A stretch of 64,000 nucleotides of DNA from Trueperaceae bacterium (GTDB taxonomy: Bacteria; Deinococcota; Deinococci; Deinococcales; Trueperaceae): assembly GCA_965214405.1 (NCBI GenBank), contig OZ243956.1:3840001-3904000 (forward strand). Reading direction: 5' to 3'. The position numbers and the translations under genes are program-made. Below are positions 1 through 10,699 of this stretch, piece after piece (position 1 is the first letter of the stretch; every line of letters starts with the position of its first letter). The notes under the pieces were generated by a model. It saw nothing but the letters and a program-made list of their open reading frames with translations. It made no database searches and was not told the DNA's origin.

Positions 1-6
1 CACCGG

Positions 7-897
7 ATGATTTCTCCCCGTAGCCGCGCGCTCCTAGACCGCTACGCCCTCGCCTCGAGGGCGCTGTCGCAGGAGACGGGGGAGAGGTTGGCGAGCGAGG
101 CGGGGCAGAGCGTCGAGTTTCACGATTTTCGGCCCTATGACGCGGGGGACGAACTTAGATACGTGGACTGGAAGGTCTACGCGCGCACCGGCAGGCTCTA
201 CACCCGGCTCTACCAGGCGGAGCGGACCATTGCGGTGTACGTGGTGCTCGATACCAGCCCGAGTATGTCGCTGGGTCACAAGGCGCGGTACGCGCGGCTC
301 CTGGCGGGGCTGCTGAGCTACGTGGCGCAGCGCGACGCTCGCTCCCAGGTTCACCTTTTTAACGGTCAGCACAGCCCGCCCGGTATGGGGCGCGCGGGCA
401 TCGCGCCGGTGTGGTCGTTTATCGACGACGCGCCCGCGCTTACCGGGGAGGGCCTAAGCCCGACCGCCGCCCTAAAAAACTTTGCGCTCCGCTCGCGCTT
501 TGGCGCGGGGGCGGGGCTCGCGCTCGTGATTTCGGACCTTTTCGACGAGGCCCCCTTGCAGCCCGCGCTGGCGGCTTTGAAAGCTCGAGGCCTCGACGCA
601 AGCTTTTTGCACGTGATGGCCGAGGCCGACCTTCATCCTGAAGAGGGGCAGCTCGAGCTCATCGACGCCGAAAGCGGCGAGCGGCTGGCGGTGGGTCCCG
701 ACGAGGTACGCGCCTACCGGGAGGCGGTGCAGGGCTTTGTCGCGCGCACGCGGGGGGCGATTCTTAGGGCGGGCTTCCGCCACGCGCTGCTCCGGGTGCC
801 GGGTGACAGCGCCCCCAATTCGGAGCCCGAAGACGCGGTTTTGGAGCGCGCCGCCTTTGCCGAACTCGTCCGCGCGGGGGTGTTGCAAAAGCGTTAG
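7..897 (+). CDS. DUF58 domain-containing protein (MoxR/vWA-associated)
   Basis: GQSVEFHDFRPYDAGDELRYVDWKVYART signature, vWA-like LDTSPSM and LVISDLFD motifs. Confidence 0.9.
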   Translation: MISPRSRALLDRYALASRALSQETGERLASEAGQSVEFHDFRPYDAGDELRYVDWKVYARTGRLYTRLYQAERTIAVYVVLDTSPSMSLGHKARYARLLAGLLSYVAQRDARSQVHLFNGQHSPPGMGRAGIAPVWSFIDDAPALTGEGLSPTAALKNFALRSRFGAGAGLALVISDLFDEAPLQPALAALKARGLDASFLHVMAEADLHPEEGQLELIDAESGERLAVGPDEVRAYREAVQGFVARTRGAILRAGFRHALLRVPGDSAPNSEPEDAVLERAAFAELVRAGVLQKR

Positions 898-999
898 AGT
901 GAGAGCGTTGGCGGTTTGTGGGGAGGCGAACTCGGTGACGTGTTTATTTCGTCCTTACTGGCATTTTCCTTTTCCTCTGGTCTATTCTCGGTAGACACC

Positions 1000-1527
1000 G
1001 TGACGCAGGAGCGGGAGACGCTCGAGCCCCTCGAGGACAAGGGTCCCGTCCGCTCGTTGCGGCAGCGGCTGGGCTTGCGCGGCGAACTCACCCTGGCCCT
1101 TTTTCCGACCATAACCGTACTGGGCGTGTTCGCGCTCGTCGAGGTGTTGAGTCGGCAGCGGCTACTTTTTACCTCGCTCGCCTCGAGCGCCTTTTTAATC
1201 TACTTAGACCCGCAGCATAATACCAACAGCGCCCGTACTCTGGTGACGGCGCAGCTTATGGCGGCGGGGGTGGGGCTTCTCACCTATATTCTTTTCGGCC
1301 CGACTTACTTGGCGGGCGGCTCCGCGATGGTCGTAACCATCGTGCTGATGATTGTCCTGGACGTGATGCACCCGCCCGCGGTCTCGACCTCGCTTTCGTT
1401 TGCGTTTCGCGCGGGGGCGGCGAGTAACATCCTTATTTTCGGTCTGGCGGTGGGGGTGACGCTTCTGTTGGTGGGGCTCGAGTTCGTCGCGGAGCGGCTG
1501 CTGGTGCGACTGACGCGCCACGCGTGA
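1000..1527 (+). CDS. HPP family membrane protein
   Basis: Several TM segments with HPPAVSTSL motif; GTG at 1000 chosen over the upstream start at 916. Confidence 0.8.
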   Translation: MTQERETLEPLEDKGPVRSLRQRLGLRGELTLALFPTITVLGVFALVEVLSRQRLLFTSLASSAFLIYLDPQHNTNSARTLVTAQLMAAGVGLLTYILFGPTYLAGGSAMVVTIVLMIVLDVMHPPAVSTSLSFAFRAGAASNILIFGLAVGVTLLLVGLEFVAERLLVRLTRHA

Positions 1528-1600
1528 GGTGGTGCGGCTCAGCGGGGTAAAGGACTTAGAAGAGGACGTGAGGCTGGACCTCACGTGATAAGGGGAAGAT

Positions 1601-2128
1601 ATGGATTCAAAAGGCGAGAGAACGAATGACACCCGTAGCAGCGCGCGCGGGGAGAGCGTGGGGAACGCGCTGGGGGCGGTGCTGTTGCCGCTGGGGCTCA
1701 TTTTCGGGCTGGTGCTGCTCTTGAGCCTCAACGTTGGCGCGCCGGGGGCTGAGGCGGCGGCGGAGAACCCGCTCGAGACCTGGCTCAAGATCATCGTCGG
1801 CTACATCGCCACGGGCGCGGAAATCGCCGCGTCTCTGGTGATCGGCTTTGGCGTATTGCGGGCGGTCGTCTTTTCGGCGGGCTACTTTGTCACGCCCAAA
1901 AATCAACCCCCCGATTCCACCGAGGCCATCCGGCTGCGGCTGGGCCGGGTGCTCGCGCTGGGCCTAGAGTTCACCGTCGCCAGCGACATTTTGCGCACCG
2001 CCGTCGCGCCGACGCGTCAGGACATCCTCAACTTGGGCGCGCTGGTCCTCTTGCGCACGCTCCTCAACTACTTTTTAGAGCGCGAAATCCGCGAGGGGGA
2101 GAGGGCTCGAGAGGCGAGTAGAACCTAG
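1601..2128 (+). CDS. DUF1622 domain membrane protein
   Basis: IRLRLGRVLALGLEFTVASDILRT...LLRTLLNYFLERE signature. Confidence 0.85.
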   Translation: MDSKGERTNDTRSSARGESVGNALGAVLLPLGLIFGLVLLLSLNVGAPGAEAAAENPLETWLKIIVGYIATGAEIAASLVIGFGVLRAVVFSAGYFVTPKNQPPDSTEAIRLRLGRVLALGLEFTVASDILRTAVAPTRQDILNLGALVLLRTLLNYFLEREIREGERAREASRT

Positions 2129-2179
2129 TCAACCGTCTCCAGCCGCAGCGTCCGTTCTACCACCTAAGTTATGTACCCT

Positions 2180-2593
2180 TTAAGGTGAGATGATAGCGAT
2201 GGACTCATTTCGGTTCTTACGGTAAATCAAGAAATCGCTGTCGAACGTTAGCACCGAACTATCCTTTAGCGTCTCCGCCATCCGTACGATGCACGCGTCC
2301 GCCAGCGACATAGGAAGGGACGAAAACCGCTCCATAAGTTCCGTAACGTTCTGAACGTGCTCCTCCAGGCTGAAGGTAACATCTACCAAACCGGAGGACA
2401 GCGTTGCCATCACCGCGGCTTGTCCGCCGTGCGTGTTGCGCAGCAAAAAGCAAGCTTCGGAAAGCACCGCCTCGCAGGTCAGTAGGGGTGGCTCGAGCTC
2501 AGCTAACTGCGCTTTTACCCAGGCGTGCTGCACCTCGCGGCGGTTCAGGAGCGCGACCAGCGGTCCCGTGTCCAGAATGACCTTGCTTGTCAA
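2180..2593 (-). CDS. vapC: PIN-domain (VapC-like) toxin
   Basis: VILDTGPLVA, EAVLSEA, SLADAC, LTFDSDF acidic PIN motifs; overlaps upstream small gene by 4 nt. Confidence 0.88.
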   Translation of the reverse strand: MTSKVILDTGPLVALLNRREVQHAWVKAQLAELEPPLLTCEAVLSEACFLLRNTHGGQAAVMATLSSGLVDVTFSLEEHVQNVTELMERFSSLPMSLADACIVRMAETLKDSSVLTFDSDFLIYRKNRNESIAIISP

Positions 2594-2820
2594 TCTTTAC
2601 CGTACTCGTTCAAATGCTGAGGATTGGTCGCCAAGTCACCCGGCCCACCTTCAACGCTGCCGACCAATTCCCCTGCCAAATCCAGCGCGGACACACCCTC
2701 ACACATGTTAGTACGCTGCTGCGTTTTACCCTCCAAAAACTCCACAAAGTCAAGGACCTCCCGCTGACGCTCAGGCGGCAACTCGCGCAGTTTTTCCAAA
2801 ACAGCCTCTTCGACGTTCAT
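2590..2820 (-). CDS. Putative antitoxin (DUF2281-like)
   Basis: LRELPPERQREVLDFVEFL motif; 76 aa, coupled upstream of the PIN gene; AAGGAG SD. Confidence 0.8.
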   Translation of the reverse strand: MNVEEAVLEKLRELPPERQREVLDFVEFLEGKTQQRTNMCEGVSALDLAGELVGSVEGGPGDLATNPQHLNEYGKD

Positions 2821-2891
2821 AAAGTGCTCCTTTTTTAGATTCTACCCTCTTTCTCAGTAGACCTGTTCCGGGCGCGCGAGGCCAGCAGAAC

Positions 2892-3596
2892 CTAATAGAC
2901 CATCTCCATCCGCAGCCCCGCGCCGTCCACGGGCGGGTCCGCGGGCAAGGTTTCGGCCGTTCCACTAAGAACACGCGCCGCCGTCCAGAGCGCGGCGAAC
3001 GCGTCTAAGATGTCGTCGTCAGCCACGGTTTTCGCTGGGAAGAGAGCGCGTACGGGTTCCATCACGCCCACGCCGAAATGCGTCTCGATAAGCCCCTGCC
3101 TCTCCCCTCGCCCTTCCGGCTTTTTCTTGCCGTGCGCCATCGGCTCGAGCCCATTCAAGGCCCAAAAACACACCTCCGGATGAACCTCGCGGACCCACGC
3201 CTGCAAAGACGCGTCCTCCCGCAGCGCCTCGTCTACCTCCCTCACCTTGGGATAAATGCCCCACGCGTAAGGGCTCACCCCGCGCCCGTCTACCTCGCGG
3301 GTAATGCGGCTCGCCTCGGTTCGACTGGTTGCTTCCAACGCCGGGCGGATGGGCGCGGGAAAGACGCTGCGGCCTCGAGGCCCCAGCAGCGTGCGCGCTT
3401 CGTCGTCGCACCTTCTCGAGCCCTTATCAGGCAGGCCGATGGGCATGTCAATCGTCAACACGGTGGGCGTGGGGCTTTGAGAGAAAAGTTCCCGCGCCGA
3501 GCTGAAAACCTCAGCCGTTACTTCTCCCGTCTCCGTATCTTTGCTAATGCACAGCCAACCGCCCCGGCAGCCGTCCACTCCGGCGAGTCGCGTCAT
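2892..3596 (-). CDS. DUF429 domain protein (predicted RNase H-fold nuclease)
   Basis: LAGVDGCRGGW, IDMPIGL, EVHPE, DDILDA motifs; ATG 3596 preceded by GGAGG. Confidence 0.85.
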   Translation of the reverse strand: MTRLAGVDGCRGGWLCISKDTETGEVTAEVFSSARELFSQSPTPTVLTIDMPIGLPDKGSRRCDDEARTLLGPRGRSVFPAPIRPALEATSRTEASRITREVDGRGVSPYAWGIYPKVREVDEALREDASLQAWVREVHPEVCFWALNGLEPMAHGKKKPEGRGERQGLIETHFGVGVMEPVRALFPAKTVADDDILDAFAALWTAARVLSGTAETLPADPPVDGAGLRMEMVY

Positions 3597-3689
3597 CTTG
3601 GGCCTCCGAGAGCACTTTATCGGCTCGAGCCCCGGCGCTTCGTACGCCTTCCCTAACTCTCCGGAGCGTCCGCTCGCTACACTTTCCTT

Positions 3690-4403
3690 ATGACCCCCGC
3701 GACGCTCGAGGATTTGCGCGAGAAAACCCTGACGGTTCACGCCATTCTCTGCGAAACCTACGGCGCGCCCTTTCCCTTTTTCCGCGACGTGGACCCGCTA
3801 ACCGAACTTGTCGGCTCGATGCTCTCGCACCGGACGCGCAACGCGGACTCGGGCCGCGCGCTTGTGAGCCTCAAAACGCGCTTCAGGCGGTGGGAGATGG
3901 TTAGAGACGCGCCTGTAGAAGAGGTCGAGGAGGCCATCAAGGCCGCAACCTGGCCCGAACAAAAAGCGCCGCGCATCCAGGGGGCGCTTCGCTTCATCAC
4001 GGAGGAACGCGGTGAGCTGTCGCTCGACTTTTTAGGCGAGATGGAGGTGGGGGCGGCGCGGAGGTGGCTCGAGCGTCTCCCCGGCGTCGGCCCCAAAACG
4101 AGCGCGGCGGTGCTCCTTTTTTCCCAGTTAAGAATGCCCGCCATGCCCGTGGACTCGCACCATCACCGGGTGGCGGCGCGGCTGGGGTTGATTCCTGAAA
4201 ATGTTGGTCCGGGCGCGGCGCACGCTCAGTTACGCGCGCTTCTACCCGAAGACTGGTCGGCGCAGCTCCTTTACGACCACCACGAGGCGCTGATGTACCA
4301 CGGGCAAAAGTGCTGCTTTTACAAAAATCCGGCGTGTAAAAGGTGTCCGGTGTTGTCGCTGTGTCCTCATGGTCAGGAGCGGCTGGGGGATGGGAAAGCT
4401 TAG
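3690..4403 (+). CDS. Endonuclease III-related HhH-GPD DNA glycosylase with 4Fe-4S cluster
   Basis: LPGVGPKT HhH motif, PVDSH, C-terminal Cx6Cx2Cx5C. Confidence 0.88.
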   Translation: MTPATLEDLREKTLTVHAILCETYGAPFPFFRDVDPLTELVGSMLSHRTRNADSGRALVSLKTRFRRWEMVRDAPVEEVEEAIKAATWPEQKAPRIQGALRFITEERGELSLDFLGEMEVGAARRWLERLPGVGPKTSAAVLLFSQLRMPAMPVDSHHHRVAARLGLIPENVGPGAAHAQLRALLPEDWSAQLLYDHHEALMYHGQKCCFYKNPACKRCPVLSLCPHGQERLGDGKA

Positions 4404-4419
4404 GATGTGGGGCTCGAGC

Positions 4420-5088
4420 CTAAGGTGCCTCCGCCAAAAAAAGTTTGAGGTAATACGTGTGCGCTCTCTCCTCACCATGTTTCTCGTAACGCTGCAGCAA
4501 CCGGACGAGGTCGCGCTGTAAGGCCTTGGCTTCCTCCGGCGCGAGCTTCAGCGGTTGGCGGATGAGCAGGTACGGGGGCGCTTCGTCGCTCAAGAGATGC
4601 TCTAAATAAGCCTCCCAGGTCGTGACCCCGTAGCGCGGCGAGGCCGTCATCCGCGTTGGCCCGTCCTCGCTAAGGAAGTAGGCGCGCCCCCAAGCGCCGT
4701 CGTCCGCGAACCTATGCAAACTCTTGGCCGCGGCGGCGGCGAGGTCCGGCGTCGTGCGCGCTTCGGACGCGGCGATGTGCTCGGCGAGGGTGGCGGCCGG
4801 AACGTCCCCGAAGGAGACGAAGAAGACCTCGCCGGTTGTCCGGTAGCGTTTTATGGGGCGTCCCTTGCGCTTTTCTACGCGCTCGAGTCCCAGCAAGCCG
4901 AGCTTAACGGCCCGCTCTACAAAGTACGCCATGCGGTCTAGGTTGACGTCGGCGCGGCGCGCCGCCTCCGCCACGCCCACGGCCCCCTCAAAAAAGGGGG
5001 CGAGCAGCTCCAGGCGGTCGTCGTCCAAAAGGGCGACAGCCTCGGGGTGGGTGACGCGGACCCATGAACTGGAATTTACCTCTTGCAT
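4420..5088 (-). CDS. Putative winged-helix transcriptional regulator
   Basis: N-terminal HTH (VAEAARRADVNLDRMAYFVERAVKLGLL) and GRPIKRY wing; divergent from the CPBP gene. Confidence 0.65.
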   Translation of the reverse strand: MQEVNSSSWVRVTHPEAVALLDDDRLELLAPFFEGAVGVAEAARRADVNLDRMAYFVERAVKLGLLGLERVEKRKGRPIKRYRTTGEVFFVSFGDVPAATLAEHIAASEARTTPDLAAAAAKSLHRFADDGAWGRAYFLSEDGPTRMTASPRYGVTTWEAYLEHLLSDEAPPYLLIRQPLKLAPEEAKALQRDLVRLLQRYEKHGEERAHTYYLKLFLAEAP

Positions 5089-5193
5089 TCCCGGTAGCTT
5101 ATGCGAGAGCATTTTTGGTGTCTGTCGCGCGCGCAAACATGTGCATTAAGCCACGGCCGCTCGTCAGGCAAATTCTCGAGAAAAGGTAAGCTC

Positions 5194-5877
5194 ATGACTT
5201 ATTCGTCAAACCGTACGAAAGGAACAGAACCCGAATGTAGAGCGACCTGGCGCTGGTTCGACGTGCCGCTCATCTTGCTCGTTGGCGTCCTCGGCGCGGC
5301 CGTTGTACTCATCGCCGGAGAAAGCGTGTCGCCGGGGGCCGCGGGAAATCCGGACCTTTTCGCCCTTTGCGTCGGGGCGGGGCTCTGCGCAGGAGTGTTG
5401 GCTGGCGCGCTCTGGCGACGCGTGGGGCCGCGCGCGCTCGGCCTGCGGGGGGCGCGGTCGCGCTGGTGGTGGACGGCGCTCCTTGTCGCGGCGCTATGGG
5501 CGCCGCTCAGGGTGTTACCTTTCGAAAACCTCTCTTCCTTCTCCCCCTCGGCGCTTTTCCAGGCACGTCCAGGAGATGTGGCGTTTTCCATCCTCGCCGC
5601 CGCTATGCTCGTTCCCCTCGGCGAGGAGCTTTTCTACCGCGGCGTCCTCTACCGCTGGCTGCGTTCCCTGGTGCCCTTGTGGCCCGCGTTGGCGCTCTCC
5701 GCCGCCCTGTTCGCCGCGGCGCACTGGAGCGGTCATCCTTTGCAGGCGATGCTCGTGCTCGGCTCGGGCCTCCTTTACGCGTGGCTCTTTGAGCGCAGCG
5801 GCTCGCTCCTGCCGGGGATATTGGTCCACGCGCTCGTCAACTTGTCGGCTTTGCTGCTGACGCTGGCGCGGGGTTAA
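5194..5877 (+). CDS. CPBP family intramembrane glutamic endopeptidase (CAAX/Abi)
   Basis: EELFYRG, FAAAH and HALVN motifs in a polytopic membrane protein. Confidence 0.88.
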   Translation: MTYSSNRTKGTEPECRATWRWFDVPLILLVGVLGAAVVLIAGESVSPGAAGNPDLFALCVGAGLCAGVLAGALWRRVGPRALGLRGARSRWWWTALLVAALWAPLRVLPFENLSSFSPSALFQARPGDVAFSILAAAMLVPLGEELFYRGVLYRWLRSLVPLWPALALSAALFAAAHWSGHPLQAMLVLGSGLLYAWLFERSGSLLPGILVHALVNLSALLLTLARG

Positions 5878-5879
5878 AA

Positions 5880-6074
5880 ATGACGCTGGAGGCGCTCGAG
5901 TCAGACCTCACCGGGCTCATCCTGTTTCTCTTCGGGATTTTTTGCGCTTACTGGGCGCAAGAGGAGGGGCGCAACGCCTGGCTCTGGTTTTTCGCCGGGC
6001 TCATTTTCGGGCCGCTCACAGGCCTCGTCCTTTTGCGCCTCTACAGCCGACGGCGACGCGCTGAGCGTGGGTGA
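5880..6074 (+). CDS. Small membrane protein, unknown function
   Basis: Two hydrophobic helices around GRNAWLWFFAGLIFGP; starts 2 nt after the previous stop. Confidence 0.6.
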   Translation: MTLEALESDLTGLILFLFGIFCAYWAQEEGRNAWLWFFAGLIFGPLTGLVLLRLYSRRRRAERG

Positions 6075-6149
6075 GGAGGGTGCGGGGGCTCGAGCCACCC
6101 TTACAACTCACCTCGAGCGTAAACCAGCACAACCCGGCTCGTAACGAGT

Positions 6150-8324
<2,175 letters not shown>

Positions 8325-8327
8325 CTT

Positions 8328-8711
8328 GTGACTGTTCAAAAACTTGATGAACTGGGTTGGACACATCGTGAGTACAACGTTATGAGCCAATTTGAGTATC
8401 AGGAAGCTATAGAGGAATTCTACCGTGCGAAAGGTGACTCAGCGGTTCAGCATGAAGAAATTGATGTTTCAAACAAGTCTCTGGATGAAACAAAAGGTGT
8501 TTTTCTCGGGCTAAAGCTCGAGGACACAAAAAACTTCAAAATCCTTTGGCCCTACGACAGGTTTGGAGCGAGAGTTGAGCTAAAAAACTTCGTCGCCAAC
8601 TTAGATAGTCTTTGGTATCCCTCTCAGGACGATGTGATTCTCACTAGTAAGAACATGGTGATAGAGCTAAATCACGAAGAAAAAATACAGATTTACAGTC
8701 GGTTCTCGTAA
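8328..8711 (+). CDS. Hypothetical low-GC protein
   Basis: 127-aa ORF filling the gap after recQ, visibly AT-richer than its neighbours. Confidence 0.6.
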   Translation: MTVQKLDELGWTHREYNVMSQFEYQEAIEEFYRAKGDSAVQHEEIDVSNKSLDETKGVFLGLKLEDTKNFKILWPYDRFGARVELKNFVANLDSLWYPSQDDVILTSKNMVIELNHEEKIQIYSRFS

Positions 8712-8716
8712 TTTTC

Positions 8717-8803
8717 TTACCGCCCAACTCTGCCGGACTGTGGTGATTGGTGAAGCATTTCTGCGTAGAAAAGCGAGAAAATGACGCTCGTGTCAAAGTA
8801 CAT
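8717..8803 (-). pseudogene. Truncated PIN-domain toxin remnant (28 aa)
   Basis: ATG overlaps the antitoxin stop (TGATG); reads MYFDTSVIFSLFYAE..., a typical PIN N-terminus, then stops at 8717. Confidence 0.7.
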
Positions 8804-9033
8804 CAGTAGCGTTCTTGTTCACGTGCCAGCAGAACCCCGTTCTCCACCGGCCCCTCACTAATCTTTTGCCGCACGGCTTTTAATCTGAATAAGTCGAGTT
8901 TTGGACGCTCCATTGTGGGTCCCAATTCCGCCACAAGCTTTCCGTGCCGGGTGACGGTAATGCGCTCGCCTCGAGACGCCCGCTCTAAAAGTTCAGCCAG
9001 AGAGCGGCGGGCTTGAGAGTAAGAGACTTCCAT
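8803..9033 (-). CDS. Phd/YefM family antitoxin
   Basis: VSYSQARRSLAELLERASRGERITVTRHGKLVAEL signature; TACAAT 6 nt upstream of ATG. Confidence 0.88.
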   Translation of the reverse strand: MEVSYSQARRSLAELLERASRGERITVTRHGKLVAELGPTMERPKLDLFRLKAVRQKISEGPVENGVLLAREQERY

Positions 9034-9084
9034 ACGCGCATTGTACAGCAAGCAGGTACAACATTGGAGACTTGCACTCGAGGC

Positions 9085-9113
9085 TTGCCAAACTCACAAA
9101 TTTGCTTTATCCT
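9085..9113 (+). promoter_or_regulatory. Sigma70-type promoter
   Basis: TTGCCA (9085-9090), 17-nt spacer, TATCCT (9108-9113). Confidence 0.6.
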
Positions 9114-9119
9114 CTTCTT

Positions 9120-9244
9120 AGGCACTCGAGGGGTGCCTGCACCCACAAAAGAGGATGTCACCCTCAGCACTTCACTTCAAGCGGTTAAAACTTTCTTTGC
9201 GCCCTATGCGTGGGTAAAGGGGCTCACTATGCAAAGGAGTTCTT
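9120..9244 (+). ncRNA. Candidate structured 5' leader / cis-regulatory RNA
   Basis: Several complementary segments found by eye: 9120-27/9131-38, 9141-46/9210-15, 9151-54/9162-65, 9189-9200/9231-41 (covers SD). Confidence 0.45.
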
Positions 9245-9772
9245 ATGACCGTTCGACCCAACACCCTAAACGAATACAAAATTAAAGCGTCTATCCTGCT
9301 CAAACGTTTGCGCGCCGAAGACCCGGAAGCGGCGGCGCGGCTGGGGCGGTTGCCGCATCTTGCTGGGTTGGGCGTCGGGGAGGTGCTCGAGCAAAAACAC
9401 ACCATCAAGCGCAAACACGCGCTCGCCGTTGTTGCTTTAGAGGGGGGCTACGCTTCTTGGAGCGAACTCAAACATGCGCTCGAGGGGCAGGGGAGGGCGA
9501 ACGACGCGCTCCTCTACCCGCCTCACTGCGACGGTTTTCTCAACAACTGGTTTGCGGGTTATGAGGAGGCGAAAAAGTATCTGGCGGAGAGCGGGGGTTA
9601 CTTGCTGCCGTACAAGCACCAGTTTTTCGTGTGTCAGGCGGGGCATATCGAGGCGCTGGGGCTCGAGCCGGAGGACCCGGACTGGGTGCGTATCGGCTGG
9701 GATTGGGCTAAACCTGCGGATGAGGGGGCGTGGGAGAGGCTTGGTAAGAAATTACGGGGGCTCGAGCTTTAA
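9245..9772 (+). CDS. Uncharacterised protein
   Basis: AAGGAG SD; protein-like 175-aa ORF with HALAVVALEGGYASWSELK, FLNNWF, GGYLLPYKHQFFVC and DPDWVRIGWDW blocks. Confidence 0.8.
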   Translation: MTVRPNTLNEYKIKASILLKRLRAEDPEAAARLGRLPHLAGLGVGEVLEQKHTIKRKHALAVVALEGGYASWSELKHALEGQGRANDALLYPPHCDGFLNNWFAGYEEAKKYLAESGGYLLPYKHQFFVCQAGHIEALGLEPEDPDWVRIGWDWAKPADEGAWERLGKKLRGLEL

Positions 9773-9803
9773 CAATTGGGTTTATGGGGTGGGGCTCGAG
9801 CCC

Positions 9804-10676
9804 TCAATCCTGTAAAAACGCCAAAAGCTCCCGCACCGTCTCCTCCGGCTTTTCCTCGGCCAGGAAGTGACCTGCCGGGAGCGCCTTACCCTGCACGTCG
9901 CTGGCGTAGTCGCGCCAGATGGCGAGCACGTCGTAAAGGCGTTCCATCACCCCGTGCTCACCCCACAGGGCCAGCACTGGACACGTCACTTTGCGGTCTC
10001 GATCTCTTTCGTCGTGCTCCAAATCAACCGTCGCGGCGGCGCGGTAGTCTTCGCAGCTCGAGTGAATCGTCGCGGGGTCGCTAAAGGCGCGTTCGTATTC
10101 GGCGAGGGCTTCGGGCGCAAAAACGTCTAACCCGCTCCCCCAGCCGCCGAGCTTTTTGTGGAGGTAGTACACGGGGTCGGCCCCAATGAGGCGTTCGGGT
10201 AAATCAAAGGGCTGAGCGAGGAAAAACCAGTGATAGTAGGCGCGGGAGAGCGCGCTGTCGGTGTGGGTAAAGAGGTAGTGCGTCGGGACGATGTCGAGCA
10301 CGGCGAGCTTGCTTAGGCGTTCGGGGTGATCGAGCGCCAGGCGGTGCCCGACGCGCCCCCCGCGGTCGTGGCCGACGAGGGCGAAAGCGTCAAAGCCCAG
10401 CGCCGCCATGAGAGAAACGTTGTCCGCCGCCATCGCGCGTTTTGAGTAGGTGCTGTGGTCTTCCGCGCCAAAGGGTTTGGACGCGTCGCCGTAGCCGCGC
10501 AGGTCGGGCGCGACGACGGTGAAGTGCTCAGCCAAGGCCGGGGCCGTGAGGTGCCACATGACGTGGGTTTGCGGGTAGCCGTGGAGCAGCAGGAGGGGCG
10601 GGCCGCTCCCGCCGCAAACAAAGGGGAGGGTGACGTGGTTAAGCTCGAGCCTTTTCCTCTCAAATCCTTCAAACAT
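9804..10676 (-). CDS. Alpha/beta hydrolase, haloacetate dehalogenase-like
   Basis: LHGYPQTH, GHDRGGRV (Asp nucleophile followed by Arg), YYHWFF, CEDYRA, GHFLAEE. Confidence 0.88.
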   Translation of the reverse strand: MFEGFERKRLELNHVTLPFVCGGSGPPLLLLHGYPQTHVMWHLTAPALAEHFTVVAPDLRGYGDASKPFGAEDHSTYSKRAMAADNVSLMAALGFDAFALVGHDRGGRVGHRLALDHPERLSKLAVLDIVPTHYLFTHTDSALSRAYYHWFFLAQPFDLPERLIGADPVYYLHKKLGGWGSGLDVFAPEALAEYERAFSDPATIHSSCEDYRAAATVDLEHDERDRDRKVTCPVLALWGEHGVMERLYDVLAIWRDYASDVQGKALPAGHFLAEEKPEETVRELLAFLQD

Positions 10677-10699
10677 GTGCCAGCCTACCCCAGGCGAGC

